From Salisapilia sapeloensis CBS 127946 (taxonomy: Eukaryota > Protista > Oomycota), in NCBI GenBank assembly GCA_023334545.1, contig JAADVB010000003.1, forward strand, positions 62,001-126,000: a DNA stretch of 64,000 nt, read 5' to 3'. A program made the translations under genes and the position numbers. This document shows positions 22,298 through 32,900 of the stretch, piece by piece. The notes beneath the pieces were generated by a model. That model was not told the origin of the DNA and did no database searches. It saw only the letters and a program-made list of their open reading frames with translations. Each line of letters opens with the position of its first letter. The first letter of the stretch is position 1.

Positions 22298-23082
22298 TCA
22301 ACAGCATCCGCTCTTCGACTTGGTCGTCGACGGTGGTTTAATTGGGAAAGTCTCTTTCTCCGCTTGCGGTGGATCCTTTGGCAGTTTCTTCGCGATCGCG
22401 ACGAACAGATCCTGGACGTTCACAGCCGTCTTGGCTGAGGTTTCCATGTGCAAAATACCATTGTCTTCAGCGTACTGATGGGCTTCTTCAAAGTCGACCT
22501 TGCGCCGGTCTTCCAAGTCCGCTTTATTCCCTGCCAGAGCGATGACAACGTTCGGATCACCTCGACGCTGTAATTCCTTGACCCACGATTTCGCGCCCGT
22601 GAACGAATCCTGCAATCGGAATTAGGTAAGGAAGATAGGGAGAAGGTGAGAGCTAGATACCTTGTTCGTGACGTCGTATACGACGACAGCAGCGGCTGCA
22701 CCACGATAATACATGGGCGCGAGACTCCGGTATCGTTCTATTCAGCCAATTTCATGAGTATCCTGACCAGCGATAAAGATAGGAGGCATGGTACCTTGTC
22801 CAGCGGTATCCCAGATCTCGAATTTGACCGTAAGACTGTCTTCGAGATTGACTGTCTGGGTCAAGAACGCAGCTACTCGTACGTATCTCGCGTTAGATAT
22901 GATTTATTCTGTATAGACGAGTAGGAGCAAGGGGGATCATTGCTATCTACTGTACCGCCAATCGTCGGTTCTTGGAACTCGTAAAATTCATCTCGTACGA
23001 AGCGTACGACGAGGCAGGACTTGCCGACGGCCGTGTCGCCAAGGAGCACGAGTTTGAAATGACATGTCTTGCGTTGCGCCAT
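22298..23082 (-). CDS. RAB5: Rab5/RabF small GTPase, multi-exon
   Basis: [25 protein letters not shown]|[15 protein letters not shown]|[28 protein letters not shown], terminal GCC prenylation motif. Confidence 0.95.
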
Positions 23083-23354
23083 TCTTGTCGATTCAAAGGT
23101 CAACGATGCAAATAAACTCGAGCAATCGAGCCGACTAGAGAGATACTGTGTACGTAAAGGGGGCAGCTGCCAGGACACGACGTCGCGGCAGAGTTCAGAT
23201 AAAATGTACTCGTGTCTTCTCTCCGGATCGATGTGGGCAGGAACCCAGTAATTCATCCAATCACGAGACAGATAAGGGGGAAATAAGAAACACTGTGAAA
23301 GGTTGGAAGCGGATGCGAACGGAAAAAAAGACGATTTAAAGCACCTACTCTTTC

Positions 23355-24098
23355 CTACGGAATCGGCTTGACCTAGAAAGAGAAAGTTAGATCAAGGATG
23401 GAGGGTGGAGCATATGTGGAATGTACCTTGAAGTGCAATGTGATCATCGAAAGGACAATGCATTTCAAGTCTTGCACGACATAATAGAAAACACGAAGTC
23501 CTTCCGGGTCTTTGCTTTGCTGGACGTCGAGGAGAGAGCCGATTTTCGCACACTAGTCTTATAATGAGTACTGGGATGTACATGGGAGAATAGTATAAGC
23601 TTACAGTGAAGGAAATATGCTTGCCATCTACAATGATTTCCAGCTCTTGCTTGCCAACTCGATCCGGTTCAGGCCATTCCGAGTCATCCTCTCTATACAG
23701 CGATTGGTATCAACATTGCATTCAGTAGATATCGTCGCGTATAGGATCGTACTCGATGATTTCGCTGTCTCGAATGATACGCTTGAGCTCTTCGATGACC
23801 GACTCGGTCACTGTCACTATATTTCATCTTATGATTAATAAATACATTTCGCAGATTCCTTGCATGAACTACAAACCTTGTTTCCGGATGAGATGGTCAT
23901 TCTTGTAATTAGAGTTGTTCGAATAGCGCAAGGTCCCGTCCGCTTTTACTTCGAATTCCATGAACTCATGACCGAACTTTCCCTTGTGACCCACACTATA
24001 TCAACAATAGTACGTTAGCTACATGTAGACACCTTTATAAAGTTGAGAAAAGCAATGACGTACTAGTAGCGGAGGTAGAAGTCGCTATCTCTGGCCAT
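23355..24098 (-). CDS. MAGOH: Mago nashi (exon junction complex), 6 exons
   Basis: Spliced: [11 protein letters not shown]|[17 protein letters not shown]...[10 protein letters not shown]...[31 protein letters not shown]...[18 protein letters not shown]...HFK|VKPIP*. Not in the ORF track. Confidence 0.96.
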
Positions 24099-24505
24099 CT
24101 TCGCTACCAGCAAACGACGCAAAAGTGTGTGAAAGAGTTTTATCCAATTGCTGTCTCGATTGTATAGACCATGCGATCGGATTGGCTTAAAATAGGAGAC
24201 AACAACTTGACAAAAGAGCTCGAGCTGGCCCATTTCTTGCCTGGATCATCAGCTTCCGGTGCCGAGTACGTGCTTCTGGGGCTATTAAGGACGATCGTAG
24301 CATGCCGAAAGAAGACAAAGATGCTGTACAAACGCCTACGAAAAGACGGAGGACGAATAGTACTAGAAAGACAGCAGGAGCGTCGAAAACCCACGCCACT
24401 CGCCGTGATTTGACCTCGTTTGATATTGAAGAGAAGGAAAGCGGACCCCCAGGTAGATGATATAGCTTGATTTGATCTTGAAGCATATTTTAAATTAAAT
24501 ACACT

Positions 24506-25586
24506 ATGCTCGGCAATTGTGCAGGCGGTTTGACGACGCCAACCAAGCATGGAAAGAGTGCTTCCAGAGTCCAAGACACGGACTTTGCTGATTTAATGCG
24601 GTCGTCTGGCATGGAAAAAATGGCAAGTGCAACTGGTATAATGCCTGAACCTACAGTGGGGACTTCATCTCAGACCAATACCTTGGCAACGCCATCCTCC
24701 GCAGTGAAGACAGAAACCAAAGCGCCTGCACCTGCAGCCACGACACCGAGTCAATGGACACCTGCCTCTGTCGCCTCACCGTACGTACCACATATTCATA
24801 TATACTGCGTATCAAGTATAATTGAGACGATGGGTATAGTCTATCGGGGAAGAAGAGCCGAATGGGTGGCAAAGGCAGCAAAGGCTTACGACATTTTAGT
24901 ATGAAAGTGTGTCAGAAAGTAGAAGAGAAGAACATGACGACGTACAATGAAGTGGCAGATGATCTCGTGAATGAATTTGTCACCATGCGTCCAAATGATG
25001 CTGTACAGCTCCTCATTGCAATCCAAACGTCCGTGTATTAATAGCTTGGAGATAGGTGTACGATGAAAAGAACATCCGTCGACGTGTATATGACGCGTTG
25101 AATGTTCTCGGTGCTCTTGATATTATTGAGAAAGAAAAGAAAGACATTCGATGGAAAGGTTTGCCATCGAATCTCCAACACGATACCGAAGTTCTACTGG
25201 CCGAGCGGGAAGAGAGACAGAGACGGATTGAAGAGAAGAAGATGCAAGTGCAGGAACTAGCTGTGCGTCAAGTGCTCGTAGCTAATCTGATCCGACGGAA
25301 TAAAGAGAATGAGCGCAAAGGACTCGAACAAGAGGATACACGCATCCATCTTCCGTTTCTAGCTGTTGCAACTCGAAACGATACGAGGGTCCAAGTGGAA
25401 GTTTTGGATGATCGACATGATGCATTTATCAATTGCAACGATACGTTCACAGCGCATGAAGACGGAGCGATCTTGAAGAGTATGGGTCTGCATCGATGTT
25501 CCAAGGCACGTGTGCAAGAGATTCTACCTGCGCATCTCGTACCTTACTTTCCATCGGAATTTTATACAGACCAGTTGGAAAGTTAA
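24506..25586 (+). CDS. TFDP: E2F dimerisation partner DP transcription factor, 3 exons
   Basis: [30 protein letters not shown]; [36 protein letters not shown]; IHLPFLAV. Start could be 24506 or a downstream ATG. Confidence 0.92.
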
Positions 25587-25729
25587 TGAGCAACAAAGGA
25601 AAACTTTTTTATTTCTTTTGGCGAGAATACGGCATCCGAGCATGATGTTTGATGTCGTGATGATGGAGCTTATGCATGTACGCAGAGATGAAGTTGGTAA
25701 AGTAGGTAGCTTCTGAAGAGCTTGGTTGC

Positions 25730-25969
25730 TTAAGAGCTTTGGTAAGACTCTCGGTCTTCCGAGATAGTAGAGGAATGCATCTTAGCAGGGTCCCACCCTC
25801 GCACAACGTCTGCGTAGGTTCGTGTCGATGCCTTTTGGCCGATGTTTTCAGGTAAAAAGACCCATTCTTCGGACTCCGAAGTAGATCTAGAGGTCGTCTT
25901 TGTTGTAGTCACCTTGGTAAAGTAGCTCGCAATCGCGCCGAGCATCGAGGGAGTCGTTGTCGCGTGCAT
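25730..25969 (-). CDS. Candidate 79-aa disordered microprotein with a LIR/AIM-like motif
   Basis: ATG-initiated ORF occupying the DP-GCN5 interval; contains SESEEWVFL and TYADVV; no family recognised. Confidence 0.4.
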   Translation of the reverse strand: MHATTTPSMLGAIASYFTKVTTTKTTSRSTSESEEWVFLPENIGQKASTRTYADVVRGWDPAKMHSSTISEDRESYQSS

Positions 25970-26182
25970 CGTGTGCTTGTAGGTAGCTGGAAGAAGCCGT
26001 TATGTTATGTGCGGGAGATTCGTGACCTTTCACATACAAAGTTCAGTACTTTTCGTTGAAGTAAGAACTGATCGTTGATTCGTTGAAATTTGGCCTGAGA
26101 AGAACGGAATCCCAATCAAAATTTCAGTTCGGGAATGGTTTAAAACGACATGTTGGATACATGTCGAATTCTCAACACATAA

Positions 26183-28367
26183 ATGTTGGAAACTCCGAGG
26201 AAGCGTGGTGAGGCGATGGACGTGTCTGGTGAGCAGGAGGACAAGTTTGATGTGAAAATGGATGAGACGGGTAGTCAGGAGACGAAGGACGGTGGTGAGG
26301 ATTTTCGGATGGAGGAAAACGATCAGGAACAGGAGAAGGACGAGGTAGTAGAAGACGCAGATACTGGTGGTAAGACAATGCCAGTATCGGACGAAGCCAA
26401 AGACGAAAGCGACCTGAAAGAGAATGAAGTGGATGGTGAAGAGAAGAAAGAGGAGGATGTTAGCATGGAAGGTAAAGACCAGGAAGGGACAAAGGAGGCA
26501 ACTGAAGATGCAGATACTGCTGACAAGACCGTGTCATTATCCGTTAAGCAGGAGCAGGAAAGCCAGGTAGAAGCGACTGTACAAGACAGCGATGGCAAGA
26601 AGGAAGTATCTACTGAAGAGGCACCCAAGGTTGATGCAGAAATGCCAGTATCTAGTAGAAAAGAGCCAGAAGCCCAAGTAGAAGAGAATGGAGTCGATCG
26701 TGATGACACCGAGACAGAAGATAAAGACACGAATATGGAAGCCAAGGAGGAAAAAGAGACAAAAGAAGAGTCAGTTAAAGATACAGATAGCCATGTCAAT
26801 GAGTCCTCTGACGCTCCAAAGGAAGATGCAGAAGCTGTCGCCATGAATGGAACGATTGAAGAGCATGCAAAGGAATCCAATGGTTTAGCTATAGTTGAGG
26901 AAGCCAAGGAAGATGTTGAAATGGCGACTAGGCAAGAAACTGTCCAGTTTGATGCAAAAGACAATGGAGAACCAGCGACAAAGAAGCAGAAAACGCAAGA
27001 CACTACTTCATCTACCCCCGAAGGTTTTTATATATAGCATTCTCTACCTACCATTTAATTAATCTCTTCTCGATAGACAATCCGGTATTAATTCCTGCAT
27101 CGGCTATGATGTCTCGAGACGAGATGGCGAAAGCAGAAGAAGATGGAGGTGGCTTAAAGTTCGATGTGATCACGAACGACGGACAGGATGAGCATTTGAT
27201 CCAACTGATGACACTCAAGAACATCTTTGCGAAGCAACTTCCAAAGATGCCAAAGGAGTATATCGTCCGCCTAGTCTTTGATCGCAACCATCGATCGATG
27301 GTCATTCTCAAGAACGGTCAGCATGTCATTGGAGGCATTTGCTATCGTCCGTTTTACGATAACCATTTTGCTGAAATCGCTTTCTGTGCTATTAATGCTG
27401 CGGATCAAGTGAAAGGATATGGCACGCGCTTGATGAACCACTTGAAAGAGTATGTGAAGCAGCATCAGATTTCGCATTTCCTCACGTACGCCGATAACTA
27501 TGCAATTGGGTACTTTAAGAAACAAGGATTTGCTAAAGTCGTTTCAATGCCACGAGCCAATTGGTTTGGGTATATCAAGGACTATGACGGAGGTACCTTG
27601 ATGGAGTGTGTGATTCATCATCAGATCGATTACCTTCGTCTTACATCGATGCTCCACCAGCAACGAAAAGTAGATATAATTGTACATATTGAGAGGTGTA
27701 TTGGATATTTATATGTGAGTTGTAGGCTATTCAGAAGAAGATTGAGGAGAGATCAAAGGAGCGTATCGTCTACTCTGGCTTGAAAGAGTTTATGGACGCT
27801 CGGCAGTTAGATGTGCATAAGATCCCTGGCGTCAGTACGTCTATCTTCCTTTTCATTATGGTGATAAGAGACTAATAGAGACATGTAGAGGAAGCTGGAT
27901 GGTCTCAAGCGACGATTCGGAATAATCGCTTTGGGTAAGGACACTGATAAAATAGGTATGGACGTAAGGGCTTATGTGGTGGTGGATATAGAACACGAGA
28001 TCAAGGTAACTTCCGGACGCAGTTGATGCAGCTGTGGCGACTGGTGAATAACCATCGGAGCTCGTGGCCGTTCCATGAGCCAGTGGATGTGACGGTAGTC
28101 GTGGACTACTTGACGTATATCAAGGAGCCGATTGATCTGTCGCTTATCCAGCGGCGCATTGAGAATGGACATTATACGACGAAAGCAGGGTTTAAAGCCG
28201 ATTTGGACAAGATGCTGGACAATTGCCTCTACTACAATGGACCGGAGACTAACTACTACAAGTACGTTTCATGTTGATAGAGATGGTGATGCGATGGTAA
28301 CGTTGTATGTGACAGAGCGGCGGAGGATTTGAAGGAGTTTGTCAACGCGAGAATCCACGTGCGATAA
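26183..28367 (+). CDS. GCN5: GCN5/KAT2 histone acetyltransferase (long acidic N-terminus, GNAT domain, bromodomain), multi-exon
   Basis: LKNIFAKQLPKMPKEYIVRLVFDR, FAEIAFCAI, QVKGYGTRLMNHLK, FLTYADNYAIGYFKKQGF, YIKDYDGGTLMEC; bromodomain SWPFHEPVD...YIKEPIDL...NCLYYNG. Confidence 0.96.
26351..26700 (+). repeat. Degenerate tandem coding repeats in the GCN5 acidic N-terminus
   Basis: GAAGAYGCAGATACTG at 26351 and 26504 (153 nt apart); GATGCAGAAATGCCAGTATC at 26633. Peptides EDADTGGKTMPVS / EDADTADKTVSLS / DAEMPVS. Confidence 0.55.
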
Positions 28368-28528
28368 GAGCCCTATGTTGGTCTTTAATATCGTGAACAT
28401 CTTTTCTTATCCGCAAATCTTGTTGTATACTTTGTCGACTTTCCTATGTAAGATAGTCTCGAGTGGATAGAATGGACTTTGGACCTGAATGATGAGCTCA
28501 ATTTTATTTCTATTCTGCCAATACATTC

Positions 28529-29754
28529 CTATTGTTGTGGCTGGATATGTGCAATGTCCCAAGGTCCAAGGATCTCCCTATATCAAAGTATTGTTAGGAT
28601 GATGGAGTTGGATAGTAGGGACAGGTGAAACGTACGTTTTGTGTTCTTGTACATGCATGAACCAGAGGGGGCAGACAAACGTGACGAAAGGAGTAAAGAC
28701 GCTATGTACTGCACAAAGAGCTGGCGTCGCATGGTAGGATAGGCATATGGAGAGGGTGAACATGATCACTACGGTGACAACATGGGCGCCTTCCGATTCT
28801 CTCTATCGAAACCTTTCATTCTAAAAAGTACTTTGATTGCTGTGTATGCAGAACGTACCTTTAACTCCCTTTGGAACATGGGTAGGAGAGCAAATAATTC
28901 GATTGCAAAGAGCATAAAAGCAAAGACTTGATCGTTCGAGGCTAAGCGAGAAGCTAGCAGTACGGCGGTAAAGATGGCTGCATTTAACGACACTGTTCCA
29001 CCAAATACATGACCACTTTCACTTGGTACGTAGCAGTAGTCATGGCTGATCAAGTGCAATAGAGATAGCGAGTACGTGAGTGCCCATATCGTATCGTCTG
29101 CGTAGGACTCGGTCAGTGTCCGCAATACTGGAGATAGAATCGATAGCGTCGCTAAGAAGAGGAGACAAGAGCTCAACACTTGAGACTTTCCTGCATAATA
29201 AAATCGTTGGTACTGTAGAAGCAAGCGTAAATAATATAGGAAATATCATACCAAAGGAGATTCCTAAAGCAAAGCGGTAAATACAATATCCCAAGATCGC
29301 CACGCCGACATTGATGCTTCCGAGGGATATGACCGACAAGAGATTTTCGTTGGAGTATTCAAACACTGCCTACGTATGCGTAGAGTTCACTTTATGATCT
29401 GTTCTGAATACACATGCAGAGGGAAGAATGATTCGTACGTAAAAGATAAGGACGGAACTCGTTTGGAGAGTGATTGCAGCAGTAGACGCTACCATTCCCC
29501 AGTAGTTATGCTCCTGTACATGCTCTATCAAGGTAGAGGACATATTACTCATTGTGCATCATATCGTGGTGATGGCTTGATGTACCGTTAGTACGGAGCT
29601 GCTCGAGGAAAGTGGGAGGGACGTAGTTATCTTCAAAGGGCTGCTCCTCGTACAACACCTTTTGCCATGTAGCCTACACACACATCCAGGTAATATCAGC
29701 ATGCAAACACGACCGCATGCGAGTATGGAGGTAGCTCAGAATCCAAATTACCAT
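28529..29754 (-). CDS. PIGC: GPI-GlcNAc transferase subunit PIG-C/GPI2, multi-exon
   Basis: M|[23 protein letters not shown]; [19 protein letters not shown]; [17 protein letters not shown]; [10 protein letters not shown]; terminal EILGPWDIA. First coding exon inferred to be ATG only. Confidence 0.88.
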
Positions 29755-29969
29755 CTTCCGGTCGTTTTCGGGGTTTGTTGTCACAAAATGGTGTCGAATA
29801 ATATCAGTTATAGCCATCTAAACTATTATATTTTTGAAATGATCCTGAATAGTCCCATGATGTAGCCTAATTTCCAGGTTTCTACATGACAAGAGTACTC
29901 TCTCCTCCTTGCATTCGACTTGAACTGAAAGATATGCTTCTGCAATAGTAAAGTTGAAATGGAATTCGA

Positions 29970-32900
29970 TCAGTAGTTTATCTTTTGGGGTGCAACGCAC
30001 CACGGGCAAGTTCCAAAGTGGCCAACCCACTTGTTCCAGACTTCGCGGTCAGCAATCACTTTGCAAGTAGCACAATGTGCCGTTGCTTTCGCGAGGACTG
30101 GGAATCCAGTGATGATGCACGCTTCATCAGCGTGATGACAGTGAGGACAAATTAGTGCAGCTTCATAGATTGCCGCTTGGCATTGATTGCAGTTGCGTTC
30201 AGGCAACTTCTCTTGTACTTGTTGGTCCATGGAGATTGTCAATACCCAATCTCGTACTTCCTCTCGCACGCTTTCATCCGCAACGAATTGTGACTCTGGA
30301 AGTGGAGTATCTGTTGGAGGCGGGATATCTGTATCGACAAAGTCCGTATCGTCCAAGTTACTAGCGTCGCCATCCTCCAACGCTTCGCTCAAATCCAAGT
30401 AGTGGTTGTAAAAGACAAAAGCAGCACTCAGCTTTTTCGCTTTCTTCGACGTCGAACCAGCGAGGAAGAACATCTTGTCTCTTGGCAAGACTTCTCCGAC
30501 GAATCGTAGAAGCGACATACTGACTCGAGCAGCAATCTCGTCCAGATTAGCTCTCGTCGCCTGGTGGCTGATACTCACGTAGTGCGTGATCAACAGAAGT
30601 CTGTCAAAGTTTGCAATATCCTCAGGTGTGGCAGCCGAATGCCCATTGCGAAGCTGCTTGATAAGCTGTCGCAGGCATTGCGCCAATTTCTTGACGGCAG
30701 ATTGATGCGTTTCACCGGTTTCTATCTCTTGTGGAACCTGCAGAGATTTCTTCACAATTGTTTCTACAATTTCTAATGCTTCTAACTCTAGTGGAACACC
30801 GTACTGTGCGATAGTCTTGACCGCGGTATCCACGTCATTATGCTCACAAAGGCGTGAGCACCGGAGGACGAGGTATCTGGACAACATCGCTGGAGACTGT
30901 TTAGCTGCTGAAGAGAGCACCTTGTCCCATTCGCCTTTCATCATCCACGCGTCCAACACGTTACCTTCTGCCTGGTTTCCAATGTCACCATCAGCATTGG
31001 ACGAATGAGGCATCTTGGTTTCTTTCGCTCCCATCGCTCGAATCCCTTTTGCATCGTTCGACGATGGCATATATGCATCAGTAGTCTTGGCTTCAGCTGC
31101 ACCGGAGCCAAAGGCACTGGCTTGTTGAGCTCTCTCAAGCCGAGGAAGTAGCTCTGGTGCATGCTGCTCACAAAGTCGTTGAGCTCCTTCCCAGTTGTTC
31201 ACACGAAGGTAGCAATCAAGTGCTTCATTCATTTTGTCGATCAGCTTGAAATAGTCGGCTGCAGCTTCAAAGCGAGACATGCCTAGCAATCTCGAGGCTA
31301 CTTCCTCCACCACCGACTTGTATCGACCGCGATCGTACTTACCAGCCAAGTCAACGGCTTTGGCCCAGAATTCTTCCAGTGCTTCGGGATCATTGGACAC
31401 GTGATCCAAAGATATAGTCAAGTACGCATCAATCGCTTGCACATACTGCTGCGAGTAGACCCACATTTCACATGCTTCAATCAGCTCTTCCTTGCTTTTT
31501 GGACCTCCAGAGAATACCGCTCGTTGATGTGCCATATTCACCTCTCCAAGCTTGTGAGGCAAGTACCGCTTAGCAAGACGAAGTGCGTCTTGCCACAGCC
31601 CATTCTCAACATACGCCGAGAGCGCCAAATCTGGTTTGCCACCACTTACAAAGAACCCTTCTGCACGTTGGAACTCCTTTCGCTCCACCCAAAGTTGCGC
31701 TTGGGCTACGTACACATCACTAACAGCCGCCGGGTCATTCGTTTCAGCCACACGCATTGCATTCTGCCAGTCTTGCTGATGAATGTACATATCGAGCGCC
31801 TCTCTTGGCTTACTAGCTTTAATGAACTCTTCTTCAGCTTCTTTAAAGCGTTCCTCGTCCTCCAGGTAAAGTGCATGCTTAAGATGAACTTCAGGGAGTT
31901 TCTTAGGAGCGCAGTTATTGGCAAGTTCAAACGCGTGGTCGAATGCACCACTTTCGACGGCGTAATCGATAGCTGGCTCAATCAATCCAAGTCTTGTCAG
32001 TAACTTGGCACCCTGATCTCCACCCAGCTCCATCGCCCACGCGTAAGCGACACGCTTGGATGCGTTAATCCCGCCGTGAAACTTGGCAACACGAATGGCT
32101 TCATCCCACATATCGTTCGTCCGATACATATTGACCGCCGTTTGCCATTCACCAGCCTCACTAAAGTGATGCTCGGCTTGCTTATAGTTTCCTTCATGCT
32201 CTAGTTGTTGCGCAAGGAATAAATGCGTGTCCTTGAGTAGATCCTTTCGGTACTTGGTTACAAGACGAATCATTTGCTCATAATTCTGCTGATTTTTGTA
32301 CATGTTAATGGCCAAGTCGGGCTCATTCACAGTCAAGAACAGTTTCTCGGCTTCTTTAAATTTACCCTGGCGTTCCATACGATGAGCTTGGTCAACATAC
32401 AGTCTCTCCGTTTCGTACTTGTCTAGATGATTCATTGCTACTTGGTACGCTAGATCCCACTTATTCACACGAGTATACATTTCAACGGCATCTCTCGCAG
32501 CATCGGCTTTAATAAAGCATCTCTCTGCTTCGACATAGTTCTGAGCATCTTGGTAGTGTCGAGCTAAACGACGATAGAACGGCATGGCTGTCTCCTCATC
32601 CAAGTTTTCGACCAACTGACCAGCTTTTGCCCATTGACGAGAATTGAGTGCAGCTTCCACTGCCTTTGTCGGCACATTACCTTCAATGTAGTGGCTAATA
32701 GCCATATCCATTTGCTTCTGAGATACGAGGCAGTCACCCCAAGCTTCTTCCAAACGGAGTACCTTGTCTGGAAAGTGACGACGAGCAAGTTCCACCGCTT
32801 GACGAAATGCGTTCGCCTTGATGTAGGCAGCAAGTGCACGACTCTCTTGCTCGAGCTTTTCATATTGCTCCCCCGCCTTGTCGAACAATCCTGCATTGTA

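Noticed and set aside
24140-24486. Short ORFs on both strands between mago and DP
   Set aside because: No motifs; best explained as a bidirectional promoter and UTRs.
26323-27003. 226-aa Ser-rich minus-strand ORF, and similar long antisense ORFs (1532..2044, 31401..32003, 42065..42739, 54661..55416, 60046..60567, 60744..61313)
   Set aside because: These are shadows of well-supported genes on the opposite strand; their composition mirrors the sense codons and they have no motifs of their own.
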